Shown here: positions 54,915 through 64,000 of the stretch, one piece after another | How positions within the stretch are numbered: position 1 is the stretch's first letter | How the letters are laid out: every line of letters starts with the position of its first letter | NCBI GenBank assembly: GCA_033763455.1 | Contig: JANRKO010000008.1 | Coordinates: 1-64,000, forward strand | Direction of reading: 5' to 3' | DNA: 64,000 nucleotides | Source of the DNA: Polyangiaceae bacterium | Lineage (GTDB): Bacteria > Myxococcota_A > Polyangia > Polyangiales > Polyangiaceae | Position numbers and translations under genes: made by a program | The notes under the pieces: model-generated | Database searches by the model: none | Seen by the model: the letters and a program-made list of their open reading frames with translations, nothing else | Told to the model about the DNA's origin: nothing

Positions 54915-56303
54915 GTGTTCAACAAAGTCCTGGTGGCAAACAGAGGGGAAATCGCCTGTCGAATTTTGCGAACGTGCGAGCGACTGGGAGTGCACACGGT
55001 TGCTGTGTTTTCGGATGCGGATGTTACGGGCTTGCCGGTGAGCCACGCGGACGAAGCTGTGCGCCTGGGCCCCGCGCCCGCTAAGGAGAGTTACCTGAAC
55101 ATTCCTTCGCTGGTTGCGGCCATTGAATACACGGGAGCAGAAGCGGTGCATCCCGGGTACGGGTTGCTTAGTGAAAATGCTGATTTTGCTCGCGCCGTGG
55201 CTGAGGCGGGGGCAGTGTTCATTGGGCCACCGCCTGCGGCTCTGGAAGTGTTTGGCGACAAAATTGCCGCTCGCAGGTTAGCGAGAGCGGCTGGAGTGGA
55301 GCCGCCTCCTGGAAGCGAAGGTCCACTCGATCCCGAAGCCACCGAGGCGGTGAAAGCTGAGGCCGCGCGCATTGGCTACCCACTGCTCGTCAAAGCCGCA
55401 GGCGGTGGGGGGGGTATTGGGATGCAAATCGTTGAAGATGAGCCGGGCCTAGAGCAAGCCGTGAAGACCTGTGCTGCCCGCGGGCAAGCTGCTTTTGCCG
55501 ATCCACGCGTGTACCTCGAACGCTACATCAAGAGCCCACGCCACATTGAGGTGCAAGTATTTTGCGACTCGGCGGGCCATGCCGTGGCGCTTGGCGAACG
55601 CGAATGCAGCGTGCAGCGGCGTCACCAGAAAGTGATCGAAGAATCGCCGTCTCCAGCGGCTTTTTTCGATGGACTGGAAGGTGAAGCGCGCCGCCAGGAG
55701 CTGTTCGCCTCAGCGCTTCGTATCGTGAAGTCTGCCGGATATGTCGGTGCCGGCACTGTAGAGTTCGTCGCGGATGCTGCGGGCCAATTTTACTTTCTAG
55801 AAGTGAATGCGCGTTTGCAAGTGGAGCACCCCGTTACCGAGATGGTAACAGGGCTTGATTTAGTCGAGTTGCAGCTCAGGGTGGCCAGTGGGGAGGCGTT
55901 GTCCGCAACAGCCCTGAATGTAAAATGCTCGGGTGTGAGCCTGGAAGCGCGTGTATACGCGGAAGATCCGGCGCGTGGCTTTATTCCGCAGCCGGGCAAG
56001 CTCACGCACGTGGTCTGGCCGAGTGGGCCGGGGATCCGCGTGGAGGCGGGCGTGGAAGTGGGCTCGGAGGTGAGCGTGCATTACGATCCTTTGCTCGCCA
56101 AGATTGTGGCTTTTGCCCCGACGCGTGCTGAAGCTGTGGCGCGCCTCGATCTCGCGCTCAGCCACACCGAGCTCACGCTCATGGGGCCCAAAGGGGAACG
56201 CGCCACTAATCTCTCGTTTTTGCGCTCAATTTTGGGCAGTTCGGCTTTTCAGAGCGGACAATATTCGACAGACCTCATAGCGAATCTCCTCAAACCTTCG
56301 TAG
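54915..56303 (+). CDS. accC: Biotin carboxylase subunit of an acetyl/propionyl/acyl-CoA carboxylase
   Basis: KVLVANRGEIA, HPGYG, GGGGIGM, RECSVQRRHQK, EVNARLQVEHPVTE and YDPLLAK motifs. No biotinyl domain. Confidence 0.88.
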   Translation: MFNKVLVANRGEIACRILRTCERLGVHTVAVFSDADVTGLPVSHADEAVRLGPAPAKESYLNIPSLVAAIEYTGAEAVHPGYGLLSENADFARAVAEAGAVFIGPPPAALEVFGDKIAARRLARAAGVEPPPGSEGPLDPEATEAVKAEAARIGYPLLVKAAGGGGGIGMQIVEDEPGLEQAVKTCAARGQAAFADPRVYLERYIKSPRHIEVQVFCDSAGHAVALGERECSVQRRHQKVIEESPSPAAFFDGLEGEARRQELFASALRIVKSAGYVGAGTVEFVADAAGQFYFLEVNARLQVEHPVTEMVTGLDLVELQLRVASGEALSATALNVKCSGVSLEARVYAEDPARGFIPQPGKLTHVVWPSGPGIRVEAGVEVGSEVSVHYDPLLAKIVAFAPTRAEAVARLDLALSHTELTLMGPKGERATNLSFLRSILGSSAFQSGQYSTDLIANLLKPS

Positions 56304-56354
56304 ATCGTTTCTGCGCGCCGCCATCTGACCGGTGCCCCAGATAAAAAGGACGCC

Positions 56355-58079
56355 ATGCAAAGCGAACAAGAATTGGTAGATCGAGCAAAGGCGTGGATCG
56401 CTGCCGATCCGGATCCGGTCACTCAAGCCGAGCTAAGCGCTCTTATCGACGCGAGGGATTGGGTGGAGTTGGGTGAAAGAATGAACGGCGCTCTCAGCTT
56501 CGGCACGGCGGGGTTGCGGGGCATCGTGGGTGCGGGCCCGAACCGCATGAATCGAGCTGTAGTGATCCGCACTACTTCTGGCCTTGCGAGTTACCTGCTC
56601 CAACACGTAAAGGACGCTCGCACACTGCCGGTGATTGTCGGCTACGATGGGCGCCTCACAAGCGAGGAATACGCGCGGGACACCATCCGTGTGCTCACGC
56701 GCGCGGGCATTCCTGTTCGCTACTTCGCGATGGCAGCCCCAACACCGCTTGTGGCCTACGCCGCCCGCCAGCTGGGCGCGAGTGCGGCCGTAGTGGTCAC
56801 AGCGAGCCATAATCCAGCGGAATACAACGGGTATAAGGTGTACGCAGGCAACGCCATTCAGATCGTGCCCCCTGTGGATGAACAGATTGCCGATGCGATT
56901 GAAAAGGCGCCCCAACCCAAAAATATCCCGCTTTCCGAGTTCGAACTCAATCGCCCCACAGAGAGTGCAAGCCTCATCCCGGATTCGCTCATCGAGCGCT
57001 ATTACGACGACATTCTCCCCGTTCGCCCGGCGTGTGCCAAAGATCAAAATATTTCCATCGTCTACACTCCGATGCATGGCGTGGGGTGGCGCTTTGCTCA
57101 GCAAGCCTTCCATCGCTCGGGGTATCGCAACGTCACGGTTGTGGCGGAACAAGCCGCACCCGATGGGCATTTCCCCACTGTAAAATTTCCGAATCCTGAA
57201 GAGGCTGGCGCCATGGACTTAGCGTTTGCTCTAGCGGCGAAGGTAAAGGCAGATGTCGTGGTGGCCAACGATCCGGACGCCGATCGCTTGGCGATAGCGC
57301 TGCCAAAAGGCGGCGGATACCAGCAGCTCACCGGGAATCAAGTGGGGCTACTGTTGGCCGATTTTGCCCTGCAATATGCCCCCAAGCTGCCCCAGCCTTT
57401 GGTAGCGCAGTCGATTGTTTCGTCACCCATGTTAGAGAGCATCGCTACGGCCTACGGCGCCGCTTATGCGCAAACGCTCACTGGTTTTAAGTGGATTTGG
57501 AATGCAGCGCTGGATCTAGCGCGCGACCATGGCGTTCGTTTTTGCTTTGGCTACGAAGAGGCACTCGGGTACTCGATTGGCCCGTTGGTTCGGGACAAAG
57601 ATGGCATCAGCGTGGCAGTGGTGTTTGCGGATCTTGTGGCTCACTGCAAAGCGTCCGGCACCACCGTGCTTGAGCGCCTTTCCGATCTATATCGGCGCCA
57701 CGGGCTCTGGGTGAGCTTTCAGCGCAGCCTGGTGATGCCCGGCACCTCTGGCCAAGCGCAGATTGCGGCGATGATGAAGAAGGTGACGAACACGCCGCCA
57801 CCGGTGCTCGGCACCCGCGCGGTGGTGTCCACCACAGATTATCAGTCAGGTGAAGAGAATCGCCCACGCTGGCTCCACAATACGAGCCTGTTTGAGCTGC
57901 GCCTGGCCGGAGGCGGCAGGGTGCTTGTGCGGCCGAGCGGCACGGAGCCGAAGCTCAAAATCTACGTGGATTTGCGCGTGGAAGTGGCCCCGGATGCAGC
58001 GCTTACGGCCCGCGAAGCGGAGGCTGAGGCGGAAGCCAAGTCCATCGCCGAGGCCACCGAAGTGTTTCTTCGGGGTTAA
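56355..58079 (+). CDS. Phosphomannomutase/phosphoglucomutase
   Basis: FGTAGLRG, TASHNP, DPDADR, GYEEALG and RPSGTEPKLKIY motifs. Confidence 0.93.
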   Translation: MQSEQELVDRAKAWIAADPDPVTQAELSALIDARDWVELGERMNGALSFGTAGLRGIVGAGPNRMNRAVVIRTTSGLASYLLQHVKDARTLPVIVGYDGRLTSEEYARDTIRVLTRAGIPVRYFAMAAPTPLVAYAARQLGASAAVVVTASHNPAEYNGYKVYAGNAIQIVPPVDEQIADAIEKAPQPKNIPLSEFELNRPTESASLIPDSLIERYYDDILPVRPACAKDQNISIVYTPMHGVGWRFAQQAFHRSGYRNVTVVAEQAAPDGHFPTVKFPNPEEAGAMDLAFALAAKVKADVVVANDPDADRLAIALPKGGGYQQLTGNQVGLLLADFALQYAPKLPQPLVAQSIVSSPMLESIATAYGAAYAQTLTGFKWIWNAALDLARDHGVRFCFGYEEALGYSIGPLVRDKDGISVAVVFADLVAHCKASGTTVLERLSDLYRRHGLWVSFQRSLVMPGTSGQAQIAAMMKKVTNTPPPVLGTRAVVSTTDYQSGEENRPRWLHNTSLFELRLAGGGRVLVRPSGTEPKLKIYVDLRVEVAPDAALTAREAEAEAEAKSIAEATEVFLRG

Positions 58080-58390
58080 CCTAGCGAGCGAGGAAGGCGG
58101 GGGGTAACGTCCGCCTGCGCATCCCCGTCCCCACGAGCCAGAGCGCTTCCGGTTTTATTAGCCGCAGCTTTCGGCAAAGTGCGGTGGAGGCACGGCCCAA
58201 GCTCGCCGCTTCCGGCACGAAAGAAGTGGCGCCCAAGGATTGACGAGGGGGGCCCGAGGATTTACCGATTGAGTGCGGCGCAAGCGCAGGTTTTGCGAGC
58301 TGAGCCGGGCATGGCGCAATACTGTGCCTTTCTCAACTCGCTTGGCCAGAGAGGCTGGGCCAGTTTGGCTGATAAAAGGGCTAGGAGTGG

Positions 58391-58406
58391 CGGCATGCGC
58401 CTTGCT
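58391..58406 (+). promoter_or_regulatory. Putative sigma54 (-24/-12) promoter of hsp20
   Basis: CGGCATG-CGCC-TTGCT matches TGGCACG-N4-TTGC(A/T) with exact GG-N10-GC spacing. Confidence 0.6.
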
Positions 58407-58464
58407 TCTTGCTCATCGGTCGATGCGTGGGCAGCTACGCCGTAACTAAGAAAGGAGAACAATC

Positions 58465-58920
58465 ATGAGCCTAGTACGATGGGATCCATTCAGGGAATTG
58501 GAAGACATGACATCGCGGTTAAATCGCATCTTTTCAACGCCGGCGCACACGCGCGCTCAGGGTGGGAACACAGATGCGATCACCGTATTCGATTGGGCAC
58601 CGTCCGTAGATATCGCCGAGACAGCCGAAGCCTTCGAAATCAAGGCAGAGCTGCCCGACGTCAAGAAGGAGGACGTGAAAGTCTCGGTGGATGGGGCCGT
58701 GCTCCGGATCGAAGGCGAACGACGGCAGGAGAAAGAAGAGAAAGGCAAGAAATACCACCGCATCGAGCGCAGCTTCGGTTCTTTCCTCAGGACGTTCACG
58801 GTTCCCGACAACGTGGACGACACCAAGGTTCAGGCCGAATTCAAGGACGGTATCCTTCACGTGCACCTTCCGAAGTCCGAGAAGGCCAAGCCGAAGAGTA
58901 TCGAAGTCAAAGTTCGCTGA
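58465..58920 (+). CDS. Hsp20/alpha-crystallin small heat-shock protein
   Basis: WDPFREL, PSVDIAET, AELPDVKKEDV, IERSFGSFLRTF and FKDGILHVHLPK motifs, with an AAGGAG RBS. Confidence 0.95.
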   Translation: MSLVRWDPFRELEDMTSRLNRIFSTPAHTRAQGGNTDAITVFDWAPSVDIAETAEAFEIKAELPDVKKEDVKVSVDGAVLRIEGERRQEKEEKGKKYHRIERSFGSFLRTFTVPDNVDDTKVQAEFKDGILHVHLPKSEKAKPKSIEVKVR

Positions 58921-58943
58921 GTCGGCCGAGCTCAAGCGCAAAT

Positions 58944-58991
58944 GGGCCACTGCGAGTGCGCCAGGAGGGAGGGGGGCACTCGCGTGGGCCC
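58944..58991. terminator. GC-rich hairpin between convergent genes, possible terminator
   Basis: GCGAGTGC (58952-58959) / GCACTCGC (58976-58983) inverted repeat with imperfect outer arms. No U-tract. Confidence 0.35.
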
Positions 58992-59025
58992 CGGCCGGGC
59001 CGGAATGCATTCTGCCCGCGCTGCT

Positions 59026-59967
59026 TCACGTGCGGTCAGAAAATCGGATCGCCTGCACTAGGTAGGTTCGGCTCTTGGTTTTCCACAACCAGGGCTCGTA
59101 CTCTTCGAGCGGTGCCGACTGGGCCATAGATGGATCGGTGGCTTGGATAGACTCCAGCATCTTAGGATTGCCACCGCTGTACACTTTGCCTGATTCCAGC
59201 AGCTGGGCGAGCAACGCGCGGGGAGACACCACTTTGAGCGCATCTTCAATCGGATATAGGCTTGTGGAGCTCACATCCGACACCCAAAGGGAGGTGCCCC
59301 CCTCGGCTTTTCGCAACCCCAAAAGAACACGTAAATGCACCATCATGAGGGAGAGGCGCAGCGTTTCGAGCCTTGGGTGCTCTCTGGTTAACATTTCGCT
59401 CAACGCCCATGAAAGCTGCGTGGAAATACAGCACGATACGCACACATCAAAAGGGCCGGGCAAGCGAGCAATGAGCGATGCGCTGGAGGCATGCACAAGC
59501 TTCAAGAGCTCGACGGCGAACACATTGGGTGGAATGAGGCCGTCGGCGTCCAGGGCTCGAAGTGCGGGCAGAGCTGGGAAAATTCCGGAAAGATCAAAAG
59601 GAGCGTGAGCGAAGAGCTTGCCCCGGATGGCTTCGGGTTGGCGCGAAATGGCTCCAGCTACCGCCCGATCATCAATGTCCACGAGGTGCACTTCGGCAAA
59701 GTGCTCACACAGAAGCTCAAGATCTACGTCGTTGCAGTTACCAGCGCCAAGCAAGCAGAGCCTTTTGCCTGGCCCCCCAAACGATGCGACCAGGGAGGTG
59801 AGGCGCTCGCGGTGAGAGGTGTAGAGCTCGCGTGAGTCGAGCCCATTTCTATTCGCTGTACGCTCGCGTTCGGAGACCCAGCCCACTGGATCATGCATGG
59901 CCCCCACGAGCTTGGGCTTGCCTTGGGGCTTCAGCTTAGACTTGGGCTTACGCTTGGGTTTCACCAT
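59026..59967 (-). CDS. Hypothetical protein, possible class I SAM-dependent methyltransferase fold
   Basis: LCLLGAGNCNDVDL...VHLVDID resembles SAM-binding motifs I and II. The start may be the downstream Met (MHDP). Confidence 0.6.
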   Translation of the reverse strand: MVKPKRKPKSKLKPQGKPKLVGAMHDPVGWVSERERTANRNGLDSRELYTSHRERLTSLVASFGGPGKRLCLLGAGNCNDVDLELLCEHFAEVHLVDIDDRAVAGAISRQPEAIRGKLFAHAPFDLSGIFPALPALRALDADGLIPPNVFAVELLKLVHASSASLIARLPGPFDVCVSCCISTQLSWALSEMLTREHPRLETLRLSLMMVHLRVLLGLRKAEGGTSLWVSDVSSTSLYPIEDALKVVSPRALLAQLLESGKVYSGGNPKMLESIQATDPSMAQSAPLEEYEPWLWKTKSRTYLVQAIRFSDRT

Positions 59968-61264
59968 CGTAGGGGATCACCTTGTAACTCTTGAGATCTA
60001 AGATCTTCTCTTTGAGTTGCTCCGCAATGAGCTTTTCCGTGCACACCACCACAATCAGTAGATCTTTCGGGGAGATCCTGTTGGCAACAGCTTGATTGGC
60101 CTGCTCAAGCGTTACGGCTTGAATGTTCTCCAGGTAGTGTTCGTGATAGCCGGCGGGCAGATCGTAGAGCGCTTCGTCTAACTTCTGGGCGACGCGCTTG
60201 CTGGCTGTATCCACGGAAAATGCATGAGAACGGATCAGGTAATTCTTGGCCCAATCAAGCTCCGCCTGAGTTACGCCCTCTTTGCACCATTGCTCAATGA
60301 GGGCGAGCTCGAGCTCGATACACGGAGCCGCATCTTCCGCTTTGGGAAAGGTGAGGATGCTGAATGCCTGGCGTTGCCTATCATAGGGAATGTTGGAGGA
60401 AGCGCCGTAGGACCAGCCCCGCTTGGAGCGAACTTCGTGCATCAAACGCGAGGTAAAGGTACCGCCAAAGACCGTGTTGGCGACGTGCAAGGCGGTGTGA
60501 TCGGCATCTTTGGGGTGTGAACCGCGAGTTCCGATCAGGATCTGCGTCTGGGTCCGTTCGGGCTTGTCGACCACGACCAAATGGCGCCCGCTCACGAAAT
60601 TGGGCTCACCCACCTCCACTGTGCTCGTTGCTCCTACGGGAGCTGCCGCTGCTATTTTTGCGGCGAAACGTTCGGCCTGTTCGGTATCAATGTCACCGGC
60701 GAACGCACACAACAAACGACCGCGGTCAATCATGCGTGTCGCGTGCTGCTGCGCATCAGCGTGCTCAATCTTTGGGACGGAGGGCAAGGTGCCGCCAGCG
60801 GGGCGACCGTACGGGTGGCCGGCGAACAATTCGCGGCGGAACCAGTGGCGGGCAATAGACTGATCACTGTCCAACATCGATAGAAGTTCGGCTTGCGATT
60901 CGCCCTTTAACTTGTTGAACTCGTGTTCACTCAGCGATGCCTTCCCGACAACATCTTGGATGACGTTCACATAGGCCTCCAGGGACCGCGAGATGCAGGT
61001 TCCCTGGAAGGAAATCGCGCTGTGCGACACATCCACCCCCAACGACGACCCAAGTGTATCAATACGTGTATCGAGTTGATCGGCACTGAGCCCCGCACCG
61101 GTGCGGCGCATCAGACGCCCCGTTAAGCGGGTGAGCCCTTCTTTGCCCACCGGATCGAGTACGGACCCTTGGGTAAACGTAACGGATACTGAAACCAACG
61201 GGACTGCCCGGCTGGTTTCCACGAGCACCTGGGAGCCCGATCCATCTTTAGACGCAGAAATCAT
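59948..61264 (-). CDS. M16 family peptidase-like subunit (no HxxEH)
   Basis: GSVLDP..KEGL and FGG.FTSRL..EVR..RGWSYG motifs; zinc motif absent. Confidence 0.85.
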   Translation of the reverse strand: MISASKDGSGSQVLVETSRAVPLVSVSVTFTQGSVLDPVGKEGLTRLTGRLMRRTGAGLSADQLDTRIDTLGSSLGVDVSHSAISFQGTCISRSLEAYVNVIQDVVGKASLSEHEFNKLKGESQAELLSMLDSDQSIARHWFRRELFAGHPYGRPAGGTLPSVPKIEHADAQQHATRMIDRGRLLCAFAGDIDTEQAERFAAKIAAAAPVGATSTVEVGEPNFVSGRHLVVVDKPERTQTQILIGTRGSHPKDADHTALHVANTVFGGTFTSRLMHEVRSKRGWSYGASSNIPYDRQRQAFSILTFPKAEDAAPCIELELALIEQWCKEGVTQAELDWAKNYLIRSHAFSVDTASKRVAQKLDEALYDLPAGYHEHYLENIQAVTLEQANQAVANRISPKDLLIVVVCTEKLIAEQLKEKILDLKSYKVIPYDGETQA

Positions 61265-62676
61265 GCGGCCTCCGCGTCGGAGTCATCACTGTCACCCACA
61301 TCATCAGGTTCTTCTTCCTTTGCCCGAACAAACAGCACCGTGCGCTGGGTGTCGACGAAATAGCGGCGTGCTACTCGGCGTAGATCGCTCTGGGCGACTC
61401 GCTGTTCCAAGGTGAGGCGATCGAAGGCGGCGGCGGGTTGCCCCAAGACGGTTTCGTAGAATCCCAAAGTGGAAGCTTTGCCATCAGCTGTTTCAAGGCT
61501 TGCTAAGAGTGCCAACTCGTTGCGCGCTAGGGCTCGGTCCATTTCCTCTTGGGCTACCGGCTCTTCTTTCACACGTGCGAGCTCTTCCTCAATAACGGTT
61601 AACAACTCTTCGGCCGTGTGCCCTTCGCGCGCCGAGGCGTAAATCTCAAGTAAGCTCGGATCCCGAAAGGGCCCCACTGAGATCCTAACCTCTGATGCAA
61701 GCTCTAGCTCTCGCACCAGCCGTCGATACAACCTGCTGGCTCGCCCGCCCGCCAATACCTCTCCGAGCAACGACAGCGCGGGGTAGTCAAAGTCACCAAA
61801 CGCGGGGCTCTTGTATCCAATTACCAGCTTCTCCGTTTGGGTTGGTTTTTCGATGACGAGCCTTCGTTCCTCGGTCTGCGGGGGTTCGGGCCGCACATCT
61901 TCCAGCGGGACGCTGGAGCGCGGCATGGATCCGTAATGCTGGCTGATGGCGGCTAGAACCTCTTTAGGGTTTACGTCCCCGGCCACGACGACGGTGGCAT
62001 TGTTGGGGGCGTAATAGGTTCGATAAAAACCAAGGCAATCTTCCACCGTGAAGTTCTCGATGTCTTTCATCCAACCGATGGTGGGCCAGCGATAGGCGTG
62101 CTCGGTGAACGCTGTGGCCCACAGCAGCTCATTGATTGCCCCGTCTACGTCATCTTCGACGCGGTAGCGTCGCTCATTGGCCACCACCTCTTTTTCGCTG
62201 TCCAGCTGGGGCGGCTTCAAGACGAGCCGAGCCATGCGTTCGGCTTCCAGGGGAATAGCGGTTAACAACTGGCTCTTGGGCAGGGCAGTGCTGTATTGCG
62301 TCCAATCGAGCCATGTGGAGGCGTTCACCTCTGCACCCGCCTCTTCCATTTTTCGGTCGAATTCCCCAGCAGGCAGATTTTCCGATTCGTTGAACATCAG
62401 GTGCTCGAACAAGTGCGAGAGCCCCGTCTTGCCCACTTGTTCGTGCCGCGAACCCACGCTGAACCAGGTGTGGTACGCCACCACCGGGGCCTCGTGATCT
62501 TCAACGAGCAAGAGATTCAAGCCGTTGGCAAGCTGGTAGCGATCGACCGTGAGCGCTTTGCCAAAAGGGAGCGTTTCGACGAACCGAACGCGGCCACCCT
62601 CCGGGGCGTTTTGGTTGACCTCTTCGAGCCATGCTTTTCGGGTAACGTCGCTGCTAGACGTGCGGGGATCTGTCAT
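61261..62676 (-). CDS. M16 family zinc peptidase (pitrilysin-like), catalytic subunit
   Basis: GSRHE...GLSHLFEHLMF (HxxEH), NAST, EKEVVANERR and YYAPNNA motifs. Confidence 0.92.
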   Translation of the reverse strand: MTDPRTSSSDVTRKAWLEEVNQNAPEGGRVRFVETLPFGKALTVDRYQLANGLNLLLVEDHEAPVVAYHTWFSVGSRHEQVGKTGLSHLFEHLMFNESENLPAGEFDRKMEEAGAEVNASTWLDWTQYSTALPKSQLLTAIPLEAERMARLVLKPPQLDSEKEVVANERRYRVEDDVDGAINELLWATAFTEHAYRWPTIGWMKDIENFTVEDCLGFYRTYYAPNNATVVVAGDVNPKEVLAAISQHYGSMPRSSVPLEDVRPEPPQTEERRLVIEKPTQTEKLVIGYKSPAFGDFDYPALSLLGEVLAGGRASRLYRRLVRELELASEVRISVGPFRDPSLLEIYASAREGHTAEELLTVIEEELARVKEEPVAQEEMDRALARNELALLASLETADGKASTLGFYETVLGQPAAAFDRLTLEQRVAQSDLRRVARRYFVDTQRTVLFVRAKEEEPDDVGDSDDSDAEAA

Positions 62677-62724
62677 GCGGGTTTAGAAGTCCTAGCGCCA
62701 ACTCGGCAGAGAACCAAGCCCGCC

Positions 62725-64000
62725 TCAGTTCTCAAGCTTCAGAACCGCTAGGAAAGCTTCCTGAGGCAGATCCACTCGCCCCACGCTCTTCATGCGCTTT
62801 TTGCCCTCTTTCTGCCTTTCGAGGAGCTTGCGCTTGCGGCTAATGTCACCACCATAGCACTTCGCCGTAACGTCTTTGCGCATGGCTCGCACTGTCTCAC
62901 GGCTGATGATCTTGGCGCCAATGGTCGCTTGGATCGCCACGTCAAACTGTTGGCGAGGCACGAGCTCCTTCAATTTTGATGCGAGCTGTCGGCCTCGAAA
63001 GATGCTGGTATCCCGGTGCAGGATTACGCTCAGTGCGTCAAGGGCTTCACCGTTAATCAGCATGTCAAGCTTCACGAGGTCCGAGGTGCGGTACCCAATG
63101 AGCTCGTAATCCATACTCGCGTAGCCACGAGACTGACTCTTCAGCTTATCGTGAAAATCCAAGATCACCTCGGAGAGCGGCAACTCGTACGTTACCACCA
63201 CGTGGTCGGGGCTCGGGTAGACGAGGCCGAGCTGGATGCCCCGCCGTTCCTCGCACAAGGTCACCACTGCGCCCACGAAGGTGTTGGGTACATGGACGGT
63301 CACCTTCATTACAGGCTCTTCGATGCTTTCAATGTCGCCAGCGCCAGGCAGCTTGGAGGGGTTGTCGACCTGTACAACAGTGCCGTCGCGCTTGTGCGCG
63401 AGGTACACCACGCTGGGTGCTGTGGTGATGAGGTCGAGGTTGTACTCCCGCTCCAGGCGTTCCTGAATGATCTCCATGTGTAGGAGGCCTAAAAATCCGC
63501 AACGGAACCCAAAACCCAAAGCTTCGGAGGTGTCGGGTTCGAACTTGAAGGATGCGTCGTTCAGGTGCAGCTTGCTGAGGGCATCCCGGAGATCCTCGTA
63601 ATCCGCAGAATCCGTCGGGAAGAGGCCAGCGAACACCATGGGCTTAACTTCCTTAAAGCCTGGCAGGGCCTCCGGGAGTTCTTTACCACTGTGGGTGATC
63701 GTGTCGCCGATCTTGGTGTCTTCAACGCTTTTGATTTGCGCGGCGATAAACCCAACCTCGCCCACTCCGAGCTCGTTGAGTCGCATCGGGTGTGGAGCGA
63801 AACAGCCAACTTCGGTCACCTCGTAGGCACCGCGAGTAGCCATGAACAAGATCTTGTCGCCCTTCTTCAGGTGGCCATCCACCACTTTCACCATGACCAC
63901 GGCGCCGCGGTAGCTGTCGTACCAGCTGTCAAAAACGAGCGCGCGAAGCAGGCCGTTCGGATTGCCGTTCGGTGGCGGAATACGGGTAACAATGGCCTCG
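62725..64000 (-). CDS. lepA: Translation elongation factor 4 LepA (5' partial)
   Basis: [26 protein letters not shown] and [25 protein letters not shown] motifs. Frame continues past the window end. Confidence 0.97.
   Translation of the reverse strand, partial: EAIVTRIPPPNGNPNGLLRALVFDSWYDSYRGAVVMVKVVDGHLKKGDKILFMATRGAYEVTEVGCFAPHPMRLNELGVGEVGFIAAQIKSVEDTKIGDTITHSGKELPEALPGFKEVKPMVFAGLFPTDSADYEDLRDALSKLHLNDASFKFEPDTSEALGFGFRCGFLGLLHMEIIQERLEREYNLDLITTAPSVVYLAHKRDGTVVQVDNPSKLPGAGDIESIEEPVMKVTVHVPNTFVGAVVTLCEERRGIQLGLVYPSPDHVVVTYELPLSEVILDFHDKLKSQSRGYASMDYELIGYRTSDLVKLDMLINGEALDALSVILHRDTSIFRGRQLASKLKELVPRQQFDVAIQATIGAKIISRETVRAMRKDVTAKCYGGDISRKRKLLERQKEGKKRMKSVGRVDLPQEAFLAVLKLEN

Noticed and set aside
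58080..58464. CIRCE or ROSE heat-shock element before hsp20
   Set aside because: There is no TTAGCACTC-N9-GAGTGCTAA, and no convincing ROSE hairpin over the RBS by eye.
1..64000. tRNA, rRNA, IS elements, integrases, prophage or defence islands
   Set aside because: No recognisable signatures by eye, and intergenic gaps are short. A covariance-model scan (tRNAscan-SE/Infernal) would be needed to exclude small RNAs.

Overview
GC-rich chromosomal window from a myxobacterium (Myxococcota, most likely Polyangia/Sorangiineae-like; inferred from gene content: Glt/Nfs-like TPR cluster, PilZ, FHA/PP2C, ArsA-like ATPase). It is densely coding, with about 55 plausible CDS. Most are housekeeping (scpB, pmbA, larB/larC, trmJ-like, der, era, maf, rluD, asnS, ygfZ, cysK, mazG, rlmN, accC-like, PMM/PGM, hsp20, an M16 peptidase pair, lepA), and there is one VapBC toxin-antitoxin module. 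I saw no rRNA, tRNA, CRISPR array, transposase or prophage. The most interesting region is about 22.8-39.4 kb. There, a same-strand GltC/D/E/F/G-like trans-envelope cluster carries a divergent TolQ/ExbB-like gene and has no GltA/B/H-type barrels. It is followed directly by a secreted helical protein, a Wzp-type outer-membrane beta-barrel and a short OPX (Wza lacking the C-terminal helix). A PilZ protein and a degenerate ECF sigma/anti-sigma pair lie upstream, and GT-C glycosyltransferases flank it. This suggests a motor-coupled polysaccharide export or handling machine. Other oddities are a class II amidotransferase that has lost its catalytic residues, an ScpB with repeat-built charged tails, a thioredoxin-rhodanese fusion, an orphan ABC permease pair in an FHA/PP2C operon, a perfect 18-bp palindrome whose half-site recurs, and a sigma54-type promoter before hsp20. 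All assignments come from reading motifs by eye; no database searches were run.
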